Source: an uncultured Thermus sp. (GTDB lineage: Bacteria; Deinococcota; Deinococci; Deinococcales; Thermaceae). From it: DNA of 64,000 nt. Where the stretch lies: positions 96,001 to 160,000 of the forward strand of contig CAMTVD010000014.1 in NCBI GenBank assembly GCA_947085095.1, read 5' to 3'. The first letter of the stretch is position 1. Every line of letters starts with the position of its first letter. Below, piece by piece: positions 50,023-59,741 of the stretch. Below the pieces are notes generated by a model, which saw only the letters and a program-made list of their open reading frames with translations, ran no database searches and had not been told where the DNA came from. Made by a program: the position numbers and the translations under genes.

Positions 50023-51285
50023 CTAGAGGGCTTTTTCTTCCTCCTTCTTCCCGTAGAAGATCCGCATCAGGGTGTAGGAGAGGAAGAAGGTGAGGAGGGG
50101 CCCGCCCAGGACCAGGGTCCAGAGAACGGCGTTGTTCCCCAAGAGGGAGCCCTGTTGCTGGAAGTCTATCTTGTAGCCCGCCAGGGTGCTCATGAGGAAG
50201 AAGACCAGGAGGGCCAGGATGACGCTGGTGCGCACGGGGTGCTCCGAGGGGAGCTCCAGGTAGCGCATCTTGTCCTTGCGGGTGTCCACGAAGGGAAGGA
50301 GGAGGGCCACGATGCCCAGAATCCCGGGAATCAGGACCCCGCCGATGAACTCAGGGCCAACGGTGGCCCCGAAGAGCTGGAACTGCCAGCTTGCGGGGAT
50401 GATCTGGAGAAGCCCGTAGAGCCAGAGGAAGTACCAGTCGGGCTTCACCGCCGGAGTGGTGGGGGTGGGGGGGCCGAAGGCCTCCACGGGGTGGGCCAGG
50501 AAGGCCCCCGCGATCATGGTCATGATGCCCACGTAGAGGGCGAAGAGGATGACCATCATGACCATCTGCTGGGGGTACATGGGCACGCCCAGGATCTTGC
50601 CCGGGGCCACCTTCTCCGCGTAGCGGGGCTGGGTGTGCTTCTGCTTGATCATGACCGCCAGGTGGAGCCCGATCAGGGCCATGAGGAGGAGGGGAAGCCA
50701 GAGGACGTGGAGGCTGTAGAGGCGGGGAATGGACTGGGCGGAGCCCGGGAACTCACCTCCAAACATCACCTCGGCCAGGGTGGTGCCCACCCAGGGGATG
50801 GAGGCGGCGATCCCGTAGCCGATGCGGGTGGCGGTCACGGCGTAGTTATCGTAGGGGAGGGCGTAGCCGGTGAAGGCGGTGACCACCGCCAGGCCCAGAA
50901 GGGCCAGGCCCACCAGGTAGTTGATTTCCCGGGGCTTCTTGTAGGCCCCCGAGAGGAGAATGCGGAGCATGTGCAAGAAGGCGGCGGCGATCATCACGTT
51001 GGCCGACCAGTGGTGGAGGCTACGGATCACCGCCCCGAAGGGAAGGCTGTCTATGTAGAGGACGCTGGCGTAGGCAGCGGGCACGGTGCGGCCGTCGGGG
51101 AGCTTCACCTCCCGGATGGAAGGCTCAAAGTTCAAGGTGAGGAAGATGCCGGTGAGCACCAGGACGATGAAGGCGAAGAGGGTGATCTCCCCCAGGAAGA
51201 AGGAATGGTGCACCGGGAAGGCCTTGCGCAAGACCTTCTGGTAAAGGCCCGTGAGGTCCAGGCGTTCGTCTAACCACTTGTACAT
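50023..51285 (-). CDS. fbcB: Cytochrome b of the bc complex
   Basis: Heme His motifs (RSLHHWSA, FLHMLR), TGYALPYD, PDWY. Confidence 0.93.
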   Translation of the reverse strand: MYKWLDERLDLTGLYQKVLRKAFPVHHSFFLGEITLFAFIVLVLTGIFLTLNFEPSIREVKLPDGRTVPAAYASVLYIDSLPFGAVIRSLHHWSANVMIAAAFLHMLRILLSGAYKKPREINYLVGLALLGLAVVTAFTGYALPYDNYAVTATRIGYGIAASIPWVGTTLAEVMFGGEFPGSAQSIPRLYSLHVLWLPLLLMALIGLHLAVMIKQKHTQPRYAEKVAPGKILGVPMYPQQMVMMVILFALYVGIMTMIAGAFLAHPVEAFGPPTPTTPAVKPDWYFLWLYGLLQIIPASWQFQLFGATVGPEFIGGVLIPGILGIVALLLPFVDTRKDKMRYLELPSEHPVRTSVILALLVFFLMSTLAGYKIDFQQQGSLLGNNAVLWTLVLGGPLLTFFLSYTLMRIFYGKKEEEKAL

Positions 51286-51294
51286 GCTTCCCTC

Positions 51295-51924
51295 CTAGAC
51301 GTGGCGGAAGAAGCCCGCTTCCGCCTTCACCCCCACCTCGCCCAGGAACTCCCCGGCGGCCACCAGGACGCCTTCTTCCACCTTAAGGGGAAGCTGGGGT
51401 ACAGGCCTGGGCGGGGGGCCAGCGATGACCCTGGCTCCGCGGGCGAGGTCATAGATTCCACCGTGGCAGGGACAAAGGGCTGCCTTCTTGTCCGCCACCC
51501 ACTGGCTCACGATGCAACCCAGGTGGGTGCAGACGGCGGAGTAGGCCACGATCCCTTCCACCCCGTTCTGGGCCACCTCGGGGGCGAGCTCCTCGGGGTT
51601 ATAGCGCACCACCAGGACGGTGTTTTTGGCCTCGCCGCTTTTCACCACCTTGGTCTTGGGGTCCATGGGGTAGGCCAGAACGAAGGGGTCGCCGGGCTTG
51701 AGCTCCTCAGGGCGGATGGGTTTAGGCTCACCCCCGCCTTGGGCGTAAACCAGAATGTCTCCCGGCTTCAGGGGTTCCTTCTCCGGGGTGACCTCGGCCT
51801 TGGGGCGCAGGCTCGCCCCCACGTAGAAGGCGGAAACCAAGGAGAGGCCGATTCCGGTGCCGATGGCGGTCTTCAGGAAAAGCCGCCTGCGGGATCTTTG
51901 CAAGCGAATCTCGCGTTCGTCCAT
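51295..51924 (-). CDS. fbcF: Rieske iron-sulfur protein
   Basis: Tat motif [14 protein letters not shown] and CPCHG. Confidence 0.95.
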   Translation of the reverse strand: MDEREIRLQRSRRRLFLKTAIGTGIGLSLVSAFYVGASLRPKAEVTPEKEPLKPGDILVYAQGGGEPKPIRPEELKPGDPFVLAYPMDPKTKVVKSGEAKNTVLVVRYNPEELAPEVAQNGVEGIVAYSAVCTHLGCIVSQWVADKKAALCPCHGGIYDLARGARVIAGPPPRPVPQLPLKVEEGVLVAAGEFLGEVGVKAEAGFFRHV

Positions 51925-51934
51925 GCTTCACCTC

Positions 51935-52417
51935 TTACCAGGGGAAGTGGCTCTTCTCCTCCTCGGTGATCACCTCGTCCCGGCCGAAGAACTTCTTGTA
52001 AATGCCCAAAAGGGCGGCTACCACTAGGCTGATGGTTCCGAAGACAAAGCCCTGGAGCCAGGTGGGGTTATGCCCGGTCTGGGCGGCGTAAACGAGAAGG
52101 CGCACAAAGAAACCGGAGAGGGCGGTGAGGAGAAGAACCAGGACCACACCCACCGCTACCGGTGCGGTGGAGGGAGTGGGGAAATGGCGGCCAGGGCGAA
52201 GCTCTATCCCTTCCAGCCAGTAGGAGACCAGGCCGATTAGTCCGTAGAGGAGTAAGACAGCGCCAAAGGCCATGAGGCCAATCTGGCCCACGGAAAGCTT
52301 TTGTGGAACGTGGCCCAGCAGGCGGGCGATGTGGAGCCCATCCAGGTAGGCCATGTAGAAGAGGCCTGCGGCCAGGATGAGGGCGAAGGTGGGTACGATG
52401 GGGTCATTGCGGTACAT
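51935..52417 (-). CDS. fbcX: Hydrophobic bc-complex subunit
   Basis: Four-TM protein between cytochrome c and Rieske genes, as in the Thermus fbcCXFB order. Confidence 0.8.
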   Translation of the reverse strand: MYRNDPIVPTFALILAAGLFYMAYLDGLHIARLLGHVPQKLSVGQIGLMAFGAVLLLYGLIGLVSYWLEGIELRPGRHFPTPSTAPVAVGVVLVLLLTALSGFFVRLLVYAAQTGHNPTWLQGFVFGTISLVVAALLGIYKKFFGRDEVITEEEKSHFPW

Positions 52418-52430
52418 GCCTTAGCCCTCC

Positions 52431-53156
52431 TTATTCCACCGGGCCGAAGTTGTTGCCGAAGCTGTTGCGGATGTAGGTGGCCACGGCTTTGAGCTCCTCT
52501 TCCGAGAAGGCGGCTCCCACCGGGGGCATCGCCCCGCGCCCGTTCTTTACGACGCTAAGGATCATCTGGGCGTCCTTTAGGTTGGCGTTGCCCGCCAGGG
52601 CAGGCATAACCGGGGGCATTCCCTGGCCGTCTGCCCCATGGCAGGCGGCGCAGTTGGCCTCGTAGATGGACTTACCCTTTTCCATGAGGGCGGGGTCCAG
52701 GCCAGCGGCAGGCTGGGCGGGGGCTTCCCCGTGGGCGGCCTCCTTAGCGGGCGGGGCCAGTTGGGCGGCGACCTGCTCCGCCGCCGGGGAGAGGGCGAAG
52801 TAGGCCCAGATGCTCCCTAGGACCGCCACCGTGGCCACGGCGTACCAGATGGGGTTGAAGCGCACGGGCTCCACCGGGAGTTCGGGCTCGCCCACGGCGA
52901 GGCGGAGCTCCACCTCCCCCGCCACCTCGCTCCCCTCGTCCAGGCCTAGGACAGAGACGCTGGGGTAGTTGTTCACGGTGAAGGAGATTTCCCGCACCTC
53001 CTGGCCACCGCCCCGGAAGTGGGTCACCACCCTTAAGGTGTGTTCCCCATCGGGGATCCTCCGGGTATCCAGCTTGAGGCGGTAGGGGGGTTCCTTGAGG
53101 ACCGCGAGGGGTTCCGCGGCCCCGTCCAGGTAGACTTCGATCCGGTCTACGACCAT
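52431..53156 (-). CDS. fbcC: Membrane-anchored monoheme cytochrome c of the bc complex
   Basis: N-terminal beta domain, TM helix, CAACHG, distal Met (GAMP); GGAGG SD before ATG 53156. Confidence 0.88.
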   Translation of the reverse strand: MVVDRIEVYLDGAAEPLAVLKEPPYRLKLDTRRIPDGEHTLRVVTHFRGGGQEVREISFTVNNYPSVSVLGLDEGSEVAGEVELRLAVGEPELPVEPVRFNPIWYAVATVAVLGSIWAYFALSPAAEQVAAQLAPPAKEAAHGEAPAQPAAGLDPALMEKGKSIYEANCAACHGADGQGMPPVMPALAGNANLKDAQMILSVVKNGRGAMPPVGAAFSEEELKAVATYIRNSFGNNFGPVE

Positions 53157-53237
53157 CCTGCCTCCCTTTTGTGAATGGGGGTACAAAACCCCACTCCACC
53201 ACTATAAGACCCCTAGGACAAGGACAGATGTCCCAGC

Positions 53238-53999
53238 TCACACCAGGCCCTGGAGGCGGCCGAGGCTCTGGCGCACGCCAGGTGCCCCACCGCCCACCTC
53301 GAGGGCCGCCGTTCCCGAAAAGCCCTTGAGGAAAGGGGCGAGCTTTTCCCAGGGAACGCTTCCCGTCCCCACGGGCAGGTGGTCGTCCCTTTGCCCGTGG
53401 TTGTCGTGGAGGTGGAGGTGGAGGAGCTTTTCCCCCAGGGCCTCGAGGTAGAGGAAAGGCCCCCTGGGCCCCAGTTCCACCAGGGCGTGGCCCACGTCCA
53501 GGCAGAAGCCGTACTGGGGGAAGCGGGCGAGGAGGTCCTTAAGGGCTTCGGGTCCCTTGAGGAGATCCTCTTCCGAGAGGGCCAGGTTCTCCAGGGCGAT
53601 GGGGAAGGGGAGGGGGAGGAGGGCGGTGAGGGTCTTTTCCAGGGCCTCCTGGGCCAGGGAGAGGGCCATGGGGTGGCGGACGGGCACCTGGCCCGTGTGC
53701 AGAACCCCCACCCTGGCCCCCAGGGCCTCCCCGAACTCCAGGGCCCTCTTGATGCGGTCTTCCGAAAGCTGGCGCACGCTTTTGATGAGGCTTGCCGGGT
53801 TCAGCTCCACGAAGGGGAGGTGAAGGGTGAAGCCCACCCCCAGGGCCTCCCCCGTGGCCTTGAGGCTTTTGGGATCAGGCAGGGGAAGCACCTCGTGGAG
53901 GTCGTAGGCCACCTCCAGGTCCACGCCCAGCTCCGCCGCCAGGCGGAAGCCCTCCTCGTAGCCCAGTTCCGCGTTAAAGGGGCTGAAACCTAGACGCAC
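53238..53999 (-). CDS. Sugar phosphate isomerase/epimerase (xylose-isomerase-like TIM barrel)
   Basis: LHLPF, ALEN, CLDVGH, HLHDN..DDH, ALE. Confidence 0.85.
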   Translation of the reverse strand: MRLGFSPFNAELGYEEGFRLAAELGVDLEVAYDLHEVLPLPDPKSLKATGEALGVGFTLHLPFVELNPASLIKSVRQLSEDRIKRALEFGEALGARVGVLHTGQVPVRHPMALSLAQEALEKTLTALLPLPFPIALENLALSEEDLLKGPEALKDLLARFPQYGFCLDVGHALVELGPRGPFLYLEALGEKLLHLHLHDNHGQRDDHLPVGTGSVPWEKLAPFLKGFSGTAALEVGGGAPGVRQSLGRLQGLV

Positions 54000-54007
54000 G
54001 CGCCCTC

Positions 54008-55204
54008 CTAGCGGATGGCCTCCGCCTTCCTCTGGGCCTCCTCCAGGGCCTTCTGGGGGGGAACGCCCCCCTTCAGGCTCCTCTCCAGGGCCTCGGCCAG
54101 GAGGCTGGCCCAGGCGGAGAACTGGGTAAGGCGGGGCCTCTCCTGGGCGTGGGCGATCTGTTCAAAGGCCACCTTGCGGAAGGGGTTCTCCCGGTAGAAG
54201 TCCTCCAGCAAGGGGATGGCGGACTTGCGCACGGGCACGTAATAGCTGGCCTCCACCCAACGGGCCACGTTTCTGGGCTCCATGAGGTACTTCCAGAACT
54301 CTATGGCCCCCCGCACCTGGGCCTCGGAGGCCCCCCTCAGGACCACCAGCTGGGCCCCGCCCATGGGCACCTTCCCCCCGGGCTCCCGGGGCACGGGGGC
54401 CACCCCCAGGGTGAAGGCGAAGGAGAAGTTCTCCGCGGCGGGCCAGTTGGCGATGGAGGCCATGACCATCATTCCCTTGGTGCGCACGAAGTCCAGCTGG
54501 GCGAAGGTGGACTCGGCCATGCTCCGCACGGAGAGGGCCCCGGCCCGGTTCAGGCGGGTCAGCATCTCCAGGGCCTCGAGGGCCTCCTTGGAGGTGAAGT
54601 TGGGTTTTCCCTCCTTGGTCAGGCTCCCGCCCCGGCTCGTCACCATGGCCTCAAAGAGCCAGGCCTGGGGGTCGGTGACGAAGATGAAGCCCTTGGTCTG
54701 GCGGGAGGAGAGGGCCTTGGCCACCTCCTCAAACTCCTTCCAGTTCCTGGGGGCCTTTAGGCCCTTGGCGCGGAAGGTGTCCAGGTTGTAGAAGAGGACG
54801 GGGGTGGAGGTGTTCAGGGGGAGGCCGAACCGTCGCCCCTCCATCACCCCGTAGTTCCAGGCGGGCTCAAAGAGGTCTTCCAGGAAGCTCCTTTCCAGGT
54901 TCAGATAGGGGTCCAGGGCCAGGGCCCGCCCCTCTCCCACCAGGCGGGGAAAAAAGGAGATCTCCGCCTGGAAGAGGACCGGGGCGGCCCCGGTGCGCAG
55001 GGCGGCCACCAGCTTGGTCTCGGCGTCCCGGTAGTCCCCCACGTACTGGGGGGAGGCCCGGTAGAGGTTTTGCCTGGCGTTGAACTCCTGGGCAAAGGCG
55101 GCGAGGAGGCGGCCTGCGGGGCCGTCCATGGAGTGCCAGAAGGTCACCTCGGTCTGGGCCAGGGCGGGGGCCAGGAGGAGGAGGAGGGGCCAGAGCTTCT
55201 TCAT
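54008..55204 (-). CDS. ABC transporter substrate-binding protein (UgpB-like)
   Basis: Signal peptide; FWHSM, LPLNTSTPVLFYN, PMGGA. Confidence 0.88.
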   Translation of the reverse strand: MKKLWPLLLLLAPALAQTEVTFWHSMDGPAGRLLAAFAQEFNARQNLYRASPQYVGDYRDAETKLVAALRTGAAPVLFQAEISFFPRLVGEGRALALDPYLNLERSFLEDLFEPAWNYGVMEGRRFGLPLNTSTPVLFYNLDTFRAKGLKAPRNWKEFEEVAKALSSRQTKGFIFVTDPQAWLFEAMVTSRGGSLTKEGKPNFTSKEALEALEMLTRLNRAGALSVRSMAESTFAQLDFVRTKGMMVMASIANWPAAENFSFAFTLGVAPVPREPGGKVPMGGAQLVVLRGASEAQVRGAIEFWKYLMEPRNVARWVEASYYVPVRKSAIPLLEDFYRENPFRKVAFEQIAHAQERPRLTQFSAWASLLAEALERSLKGGVPPQKALEEAQRKAEAIR

Positions 55205-55240
55205 GAGGGGGATTCTACCACCCGGTTGGTCAAGCCGGGG

Positions 55241-56434
55241 TCAAGGGCGCCGCTCCACCGCCAGGGCCTTCTTCTGGGCCTCCTCGAGGGCCACCCGGGG
55301 CTTCACCCCCAGTTTCAGGCTCCGCTCCAGGGCCTCCTCCAGGAAGCCGTACCAGACCACCAGCTCCGGGTCCTGGCTCCAGGGGCGGGCCACCTCCGCC
55401 TGGGCGAAGACCTGGCCCCTCTCCGGGTCCTTCAGGAAATCGGCGAGCTCCCTCTCCGCCTCCTTGCGCAAGGGAAGGTACCAGGTGGTGCGCACCCACT
55501 CCGCCTGGCGCTTGGGCTCCAGGAAGTGGCGGAAGAAGGCCGCCGCCCCCTGGGCCTGCTCGGGGCTTGCCCCCTTAAGGACCACCAGCACCGCCCCGGA
55601 GAGGGGCACTCCTCCCCCCGCTTCCCGGGGCAGAGGGGCCATCCCCACCTGGAAGGGGAGGGCGGTCTGGGCCAGGACCACGGGGAGGGCGGTGGTGGGG
55701 CCTACGCCCATGAAGACCTTGGTGCGCAGGAAGTCGGCCACGGCGAACTGGGCCTCCGCCAGGTTCCTGGCCTGGGCGTGGCCCTTCTGCACCATGCGGT
55801 GGAGCATCTCCAGGGCCTCCACCACCTCCTTGGAGGTGAAGGCGGGAAGCCCGTCCTTTACCAGGCTCCCCCCCAGGCTCATGACCAGGGCGTTGAAGCT
55901 CCAGATGTCCGTGGAGACCACCAGGCCCTTGGCGGTGCGGCCCGTGAGGCGGGCGGCGGCCTCTTCCACCTCGGCCCAGGTCCTGGGGGGCCTCAGCCCC
56001 CTGGCGCGGAAGGCGTCCTTGTTGTAGTAGAGGGCGGGCACGGAAAGCCCCAGGGGGAGGCCATAGGTTCTCCCCCTAACCTGGCCCGCCCGGAGCATCT
56101 CCGGGTAGAGGTCCTTGGGGAGGTTCTGGAGATGGGCGTCCAGGGGCAGGGCCACCCCTTCCTGGGCCAGGCGGGGCAGGAAGGAGAGTTCCCCGTGGAA
56201 GAGGACCGGGGCTCCGCCTGCGCGCAAGGCGGCCAGGAGCCTGACCCCCGCCTCCCGGTAGTCGCCCACGTAGCGGGCCTCGAGGCGGTAGACCTTCTGG
56301 CCCTCGTTAAAGCTCTGGATGGCCGCTTCCAAGACCTTGTCCCCCGGGGGGCCGGCGGTGTGCCAGAAGGGGATGGCCACCTGGGCCTGGGCCAGGGAGG
56401 CCAGGATGAGGAGGGGCAAGGGAAACCGTCTCAT
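55241..56434 (-). CDS. ABC transporter substrate-binding protein, paralogue of the downstream gene
   Basis: Signal peptide; FWHT, YVGDYR, LYYNKD; collinear similarity to 54008-55204. Confidence 0.88.
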   Translation of the reverse strand: MRRFPLPLLILASLAQAQVAIPFWHTAGPPGDKVLEAAIQSFNEGQKVYRLEARYVGDYREAGVRLLAALRAGGAPVLFHGELSFLPRLAQEGVALPLDAHLQNLPKDLYPEMLRAGQVRGRTYGLPLGLSVPALYYNKDAFRARGLRPPRTWAEVEEAAARLTGRTAKGLVVSTDIWSFNALVMSLGGSLVKDGLPAFTSKEVVEALEMLHRMVQKGHAQARNLAEAQFAVADFLRTKVFMGVGPTTALPVVLAQTALPFQVGMAPLPREAGGGVPLSGAVLVVLKGASPEQAQGAAAFFRHFLEPKRQAEWVRTTWYLPLRKEAERELADFLKDPERGQVFAQAEVARPWSQDPELVVWYGFLEEALERSLKLGVKPRVALEEAQKKALAVERRP

Positions 56435-56444
56435 CCCCTAAAGC

Positions 56445-57224
56445 TTACCGGGCCCCGGGTGAGAGGGCTGAAAGGGGGAGCCCTATTTCCCTTAGGAAGG
56501 GCGAGGCCCTGTGGTAAAGGACCGCCCGCACCTCCAGGAACCGCTTGCGGGCTGTGAGGCCAGGGAACCCCTCGGGTAGGAGTTCCGCGGGCAGGAGGGG
56601 GTCCAGAAAGAGAATCTTGCGCATCTCGTGGACCAGGCGGGTGAGGGCTTGGAAGGCCTCGAGGGGGTCCTGGGGGTGGGGGGGCGCTAGGCCCAGGGAG
56701 CGGTACTTGGACTCCGCCTCTTCCAGGGCGAAGGCCCGGAGCACCTCCTCCCTAGAGCCCAGGTGCCTTCCCCGGAAAAAGGTGGCGGGAAGGCCGTAAA
56801 AGGCCAGGAGCTCCTGGGTGGCCTTGAGATCGGCGCTTGCGCCCAGATAGAGCCCGCTTTGCAGACTCCCGTAGCCCAGAAGGGCCATCTCCCGCTTGAA
56901 GCGCTCCCGCTCCCCCCGCGCCTTGGGGCCCTCGGGCAGGACCAGGAGGAAGGTGCCGTCCCAGGGGGGCAGGGGCTCGTAAAGGCGGCGGCGCACCTGG
57001 CGCACCTGCCAGTAGACCCGTTCCGAGAGGGCGTAGCAGGCCACCCGCCCCTGCCTTTCCGCCACCACCCAGCCCCGCTTGGCGCTCCGGGAAAGCGCCG
57101 CCCGCACCGCCGCCTCCGAAAAGCCCAGGGCGGCCATCATGGCGATGATGGCCTTCAGGGGGGCGTGCCTCTCTGGGTAAAAGTACTCCGCAAAAAGTGT
57201 GAAGATGGTGGACCGGGCCCTCAT
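56445..57224 (-). CDS. PaaX-family transcriptional regulator
   Basis: RSTIFTLF.EY...VRAALSR...GW; WDG; DPLLPAELLP. Confidence 0.85.
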   Translation of the reverse strand: MRARSTIFTLFAEYFYPERHAPLKAIIAMMAALGFSEAAVRAALSRSAKRGWVVAERQGRVACYALSERVYWQVRQVRRRLYEPLPPWDGTFLLVLPEGPKARGERERFKREMALLGYGSLQSGLYLGASADLKATQELLAFYGLPATFFRGRHLGSREEVLRAFALEEAESKYRSLGLAPPHPQDPLEAFQALTRLVHEMRKILFLDPLLPAELLPEGFPGLTARKRFLEVRAVLYHRASPFLREIGLPLSALSPGAR

Positions 57225-59203
57225 CCGAACGCTGGCTCCAGCTGCCTTTCCCGGTACTCCCTGAGGGCGCCTTCCAGGAAGGTGGCAAGGGGCATGGCCC
57301 CCAGGTTGCCCTTGTGGCGGCGGCGCACGCTCACCGCGCCCTCGGCCTTCTCCTTCTCCCCCACCACCAGGACGTAGGGGACCTTCTTCAGTTCGGCGTC
57401 CCGGATGCGGGCCTGCATCCTCTCGGGCCGGGTGTCCGCCTCGGCCCGGAGGCCCGCCTCCTTGAGCCTATGGGCCACCTCCAGGGCGTAGTCCTCCTGT
57501 TTTTCCGATACCGGCACCACCACTGCCTGCACCGGGGCAAGCCATAGGGGGAAGTCCCCGGCGAAGTGCTCTATGAGGATGCCGATGAAGCGCTCCAAGG
57601 AGCCGAAGGGGGCCCGGTGGAGCATGACCGGGCGGTGCTCCTCGCCATCGGGGCCCACGTAGGTGAGGCCGAAGCGCTCGGGGAGGTTGTAGTCCACCTG
57701 GATGGTGCCGAGCTGCCACTCCCGCCCCAGGGCGTCCTTCACCACGAAGTCCAGCTTGGGGCCGTAGAAGGCGGCATCCCCCTCCTCCACCGTGTAGCGG
57801 AGGCCGGCCTCGAGGGCCGCCTCCTCAATCTGCCTTTCCGCCAAGGACCACTTGGCCTCGTCCCCCACGTACTTTTCGCTTTTCGGGTCCCGGGTTCCGA
57901 TGCGGGCGCGGTAGTCCTTGAGGCCCAAGGTGGCGAAGACCTTCAGCACCAGGTCCAAGACCCCCAGGAACTCCCCCTTCACCTCTTCGGGGGTGCAGAA
58001 GATGTGGGCATCGTCCTGGGTGAAGCCCCGCGCCCGGGTGAGGCCCAGAAGCTCCCCCGCCTTTTCGTAGCGGTAGACGGTGCCGAACTCCGCCAGGCGC
58101 AGGGGAAGCTCCCGGTAGGAGCGCTTTTTGTGGGCGTAGATGCGGATGTGGTGGGGGCAGTTCATGGGCTTCAGGAGGTACTCCTCCTCTTCGCCCCGCT
58201 CCTTGAAGCTGATGGGGGGGAACTGGCTTTCGGCGTAGTAAGGGTAGTGGCCCGAGGTCTGGTAGAGCTCCAGGCTGCCGATGTGGGGGGTGGTGACCAG
58301 CTGGTAGCCCCGCTTCACCTGCTCCTCCCGCATAAAGGCGATGAGCTCTTCCCGGATCACGTTCCCCTTGGGAAGCCAGAGGACCAGTCCCTTCCCCACC
58401 ATGGGGTCAATGAGGAAAAGCTCCAGCTCCCGCCCCAGGCGGCGGTGGTCCCGCTTCTTGGCCTCCTCCAGCTGCCAGAGGTACTCCCTAAGCTCCTCGG
58501 CGGTGCGGAAGGCCACCCCGTAGACCCGTTGCAGCATGGGCCTTCTTTCGTCCCCCCGCCAGTAGGCCCCGGCCACGTGGGTGAGCTTGAAGTGGGGGGG
58601 GATGCGCCCCGTGGAGGGCACGTGGGGGCCGCGGCAGAGGTCGGTGAAGCCAAACTCCTCGTCCCCCTGCTGGTAAAAGCTGATCTCCTCCTCCTCGGGG
58701 AGGTCCAGAATGAGCTCCGTCTTGTAGGGGTCCTTCCCCTGGTAGCGGGCCAGGGCCACCTCCCGGGGGAGGACGTAGCGCCGCAAGGGGAGGTCCCGTT
58801 TGAGGATCTCCCGCATTCTTTCCTCAATCTGGGGCAGGTCCTCGTCGGAGAGGGGCTCGGGGGCGTCTATGTCGTAGTAGAAGCCCTTTTCTATCACCGG
58901 GCCCACCCCGAGCCTCACGCTTTCCGGGTCGTGGCCCTTTTCCCGGAAAAACTCCTTCACCGCCTGGGCCAGGACGTGGGCCAGGGTGTGGCGGAAGAGG
59001 TGCTGGTACTCGGGGTCCTTCTCCGTGAGGAGGCGCACCGTGGCTCCCGGGGGAAGGGGTTTGAGGAGGTCGTAGACTTCCCCGTTCACGATGGCCCCCA
59101 CCGCCGCCTTAGCTAGCCCGGGGCCGATGCGCTCGGCCACGTCCCTGGCGGTGGCCCCCTCGGGGACCTCGAGGGCCTTCCCATCCGGCAGGTAAACCGT
59201 CAT
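57221..59203 (-). CDS. thrS: Threonyl-tRNA synthetase
   Basis: TGS domain, RHTLAH, DLCRGPH, RDHRRLG, KPMNCP, HRAPFGSLERF; ATG 59203 with TATAGT 7 nt upstream. Confidence 0.98.
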   Translation of the reverse strand: MTVYLPDGKALEVPEGATARDVAERIGPGLAKAAVGAIVNGEVYDLLKPLPPGATVRLLTEKDPEYQHLFRHTLAHVLAQAVKEFFREKGHDPESVRLGVGPVIEKGFYYDIDAPEPLSDEDLPQIEERMREILKRDLPLRRYVLPREVALARYQGKDPYKTELILDLPEEEEISFYQQGDEEFGFTDLCRGPHVPSTGRIPPHFKLTHVAGAYWRGDERRPMLQRVYGVAFRTAEELREYLWQLEEAKKRDHRRLGRELELFLIDPMVGKGLVLWLPKGNVIREELIAFMREEQVKRGYQLVTTPHIGSLELYQTSGHYPYYAESQFPPISFKERGEEEEYLLKPMNCPHHIRIYAHKKRSYRELPLRLAEFGTVYRYEKAGELLGLTRARGFTQDDAHIFCTPEEVKGEFLGVLDLVLKVFATLGLKDYRARIGTRDPKSEKYVGDEAKWSLAERQIEEAALEAGLRYTVEEGDAAFYGPKLDFVVKDALGREWQLGTIQVDYNLPERFGLTYVGPDGEEHRPVMLHRAPFGSLERFIGILIEHFAGDFPLWLAPVQAVVVPVSEKQEDYALEVAHRLKEAGLRAEADTRPERMQARIRDAELKKVPYVLVVGEKEKAEGAVSVRRRHKGNLGAMPLATFLEGALREYRERQLEPAFG

Positions 59204-59271
59204 GGTTTCCACTATACCGCTTTCCCGCCCCCCGGCTTGACCTGGCCCGGCCTTTGGTTGACCCTGGAAGG

Positions 59272-59550
59272 GTGAAGCGGGTTTCCCTTCGCCAAGCCAA
59301 AGCCCAGCTTTCCCGGCTTCTCAAGGAAGTGGCCCTGGGGGAGGGGGTGGTCCTCCTGCGAGGCGCGGAGCCCGTGGCCCTCTGGGTGCCCTACCGGGCC
59401 AAGGGGAGGAAGCGCCGCTTCAAAGGCCGCCTGCGCATCGGGGAGGACTTTGACGCCTCCCTTCCCCCGGAGATGGCCCAGGCCTTCGGCCCACGCCTTT
59501 CTCTTTGGCGGGGGACGAGCGGCTTTCCCCTGGGGCCCGCAAGGCCATAG
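59272..59550 (+). pseudogene. Phd/YefM-type antitoxin, native stop apparently lost
   Basis: VSLRQAKAQLSRLLKEVALGE.VV...PVA...GRLRIGEDFDASLPPEM; runs on into the toxin remnant. Confidence 0.65.
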
Positions 59551-59720
59551 AGGAGGGGGAAGAAGTCTATGTGAGCGCGGCCAGCGTTTGGGAGATGGCC
59601 ACCAAAGCCGGCCTGGGCCGCCTGGAGTTGCCCGAAGACCTGGAAAGCTTCCTCCTTGAAGCCATGAAGGACCCCTTTGACCGCCTCCTGGTGGCCCAGG
59701 CCTTCAGGGAGGGGCTTACG
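59492..59720 (+). pseudogene. VapC (PIN) toxin remnant
   Basis: HAFL in one frame, then GDERLSPGARKAIE..EVYVSAASVWEMATK..LGRL...KDPFDRLLVAQA in another; lacks the start and LLDT, has an internal deletion and a truncated C-terminus. Confidence 0.75.
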
Positions 59721-59741
59721 GGCTCCAGAGGGTTTGGTAGC

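Noticed and set aside
50023..53156. Atypical four-subunit bc complex as a novelty
   Set aside because: Matches the fbcCXFB arrangement already described for Thermus.
59204..59271. T-box or other leader for thrS
   Set aside because: A -10 hexamer sits 7 nt from the ATG and the gap is too short for a leader RNA.
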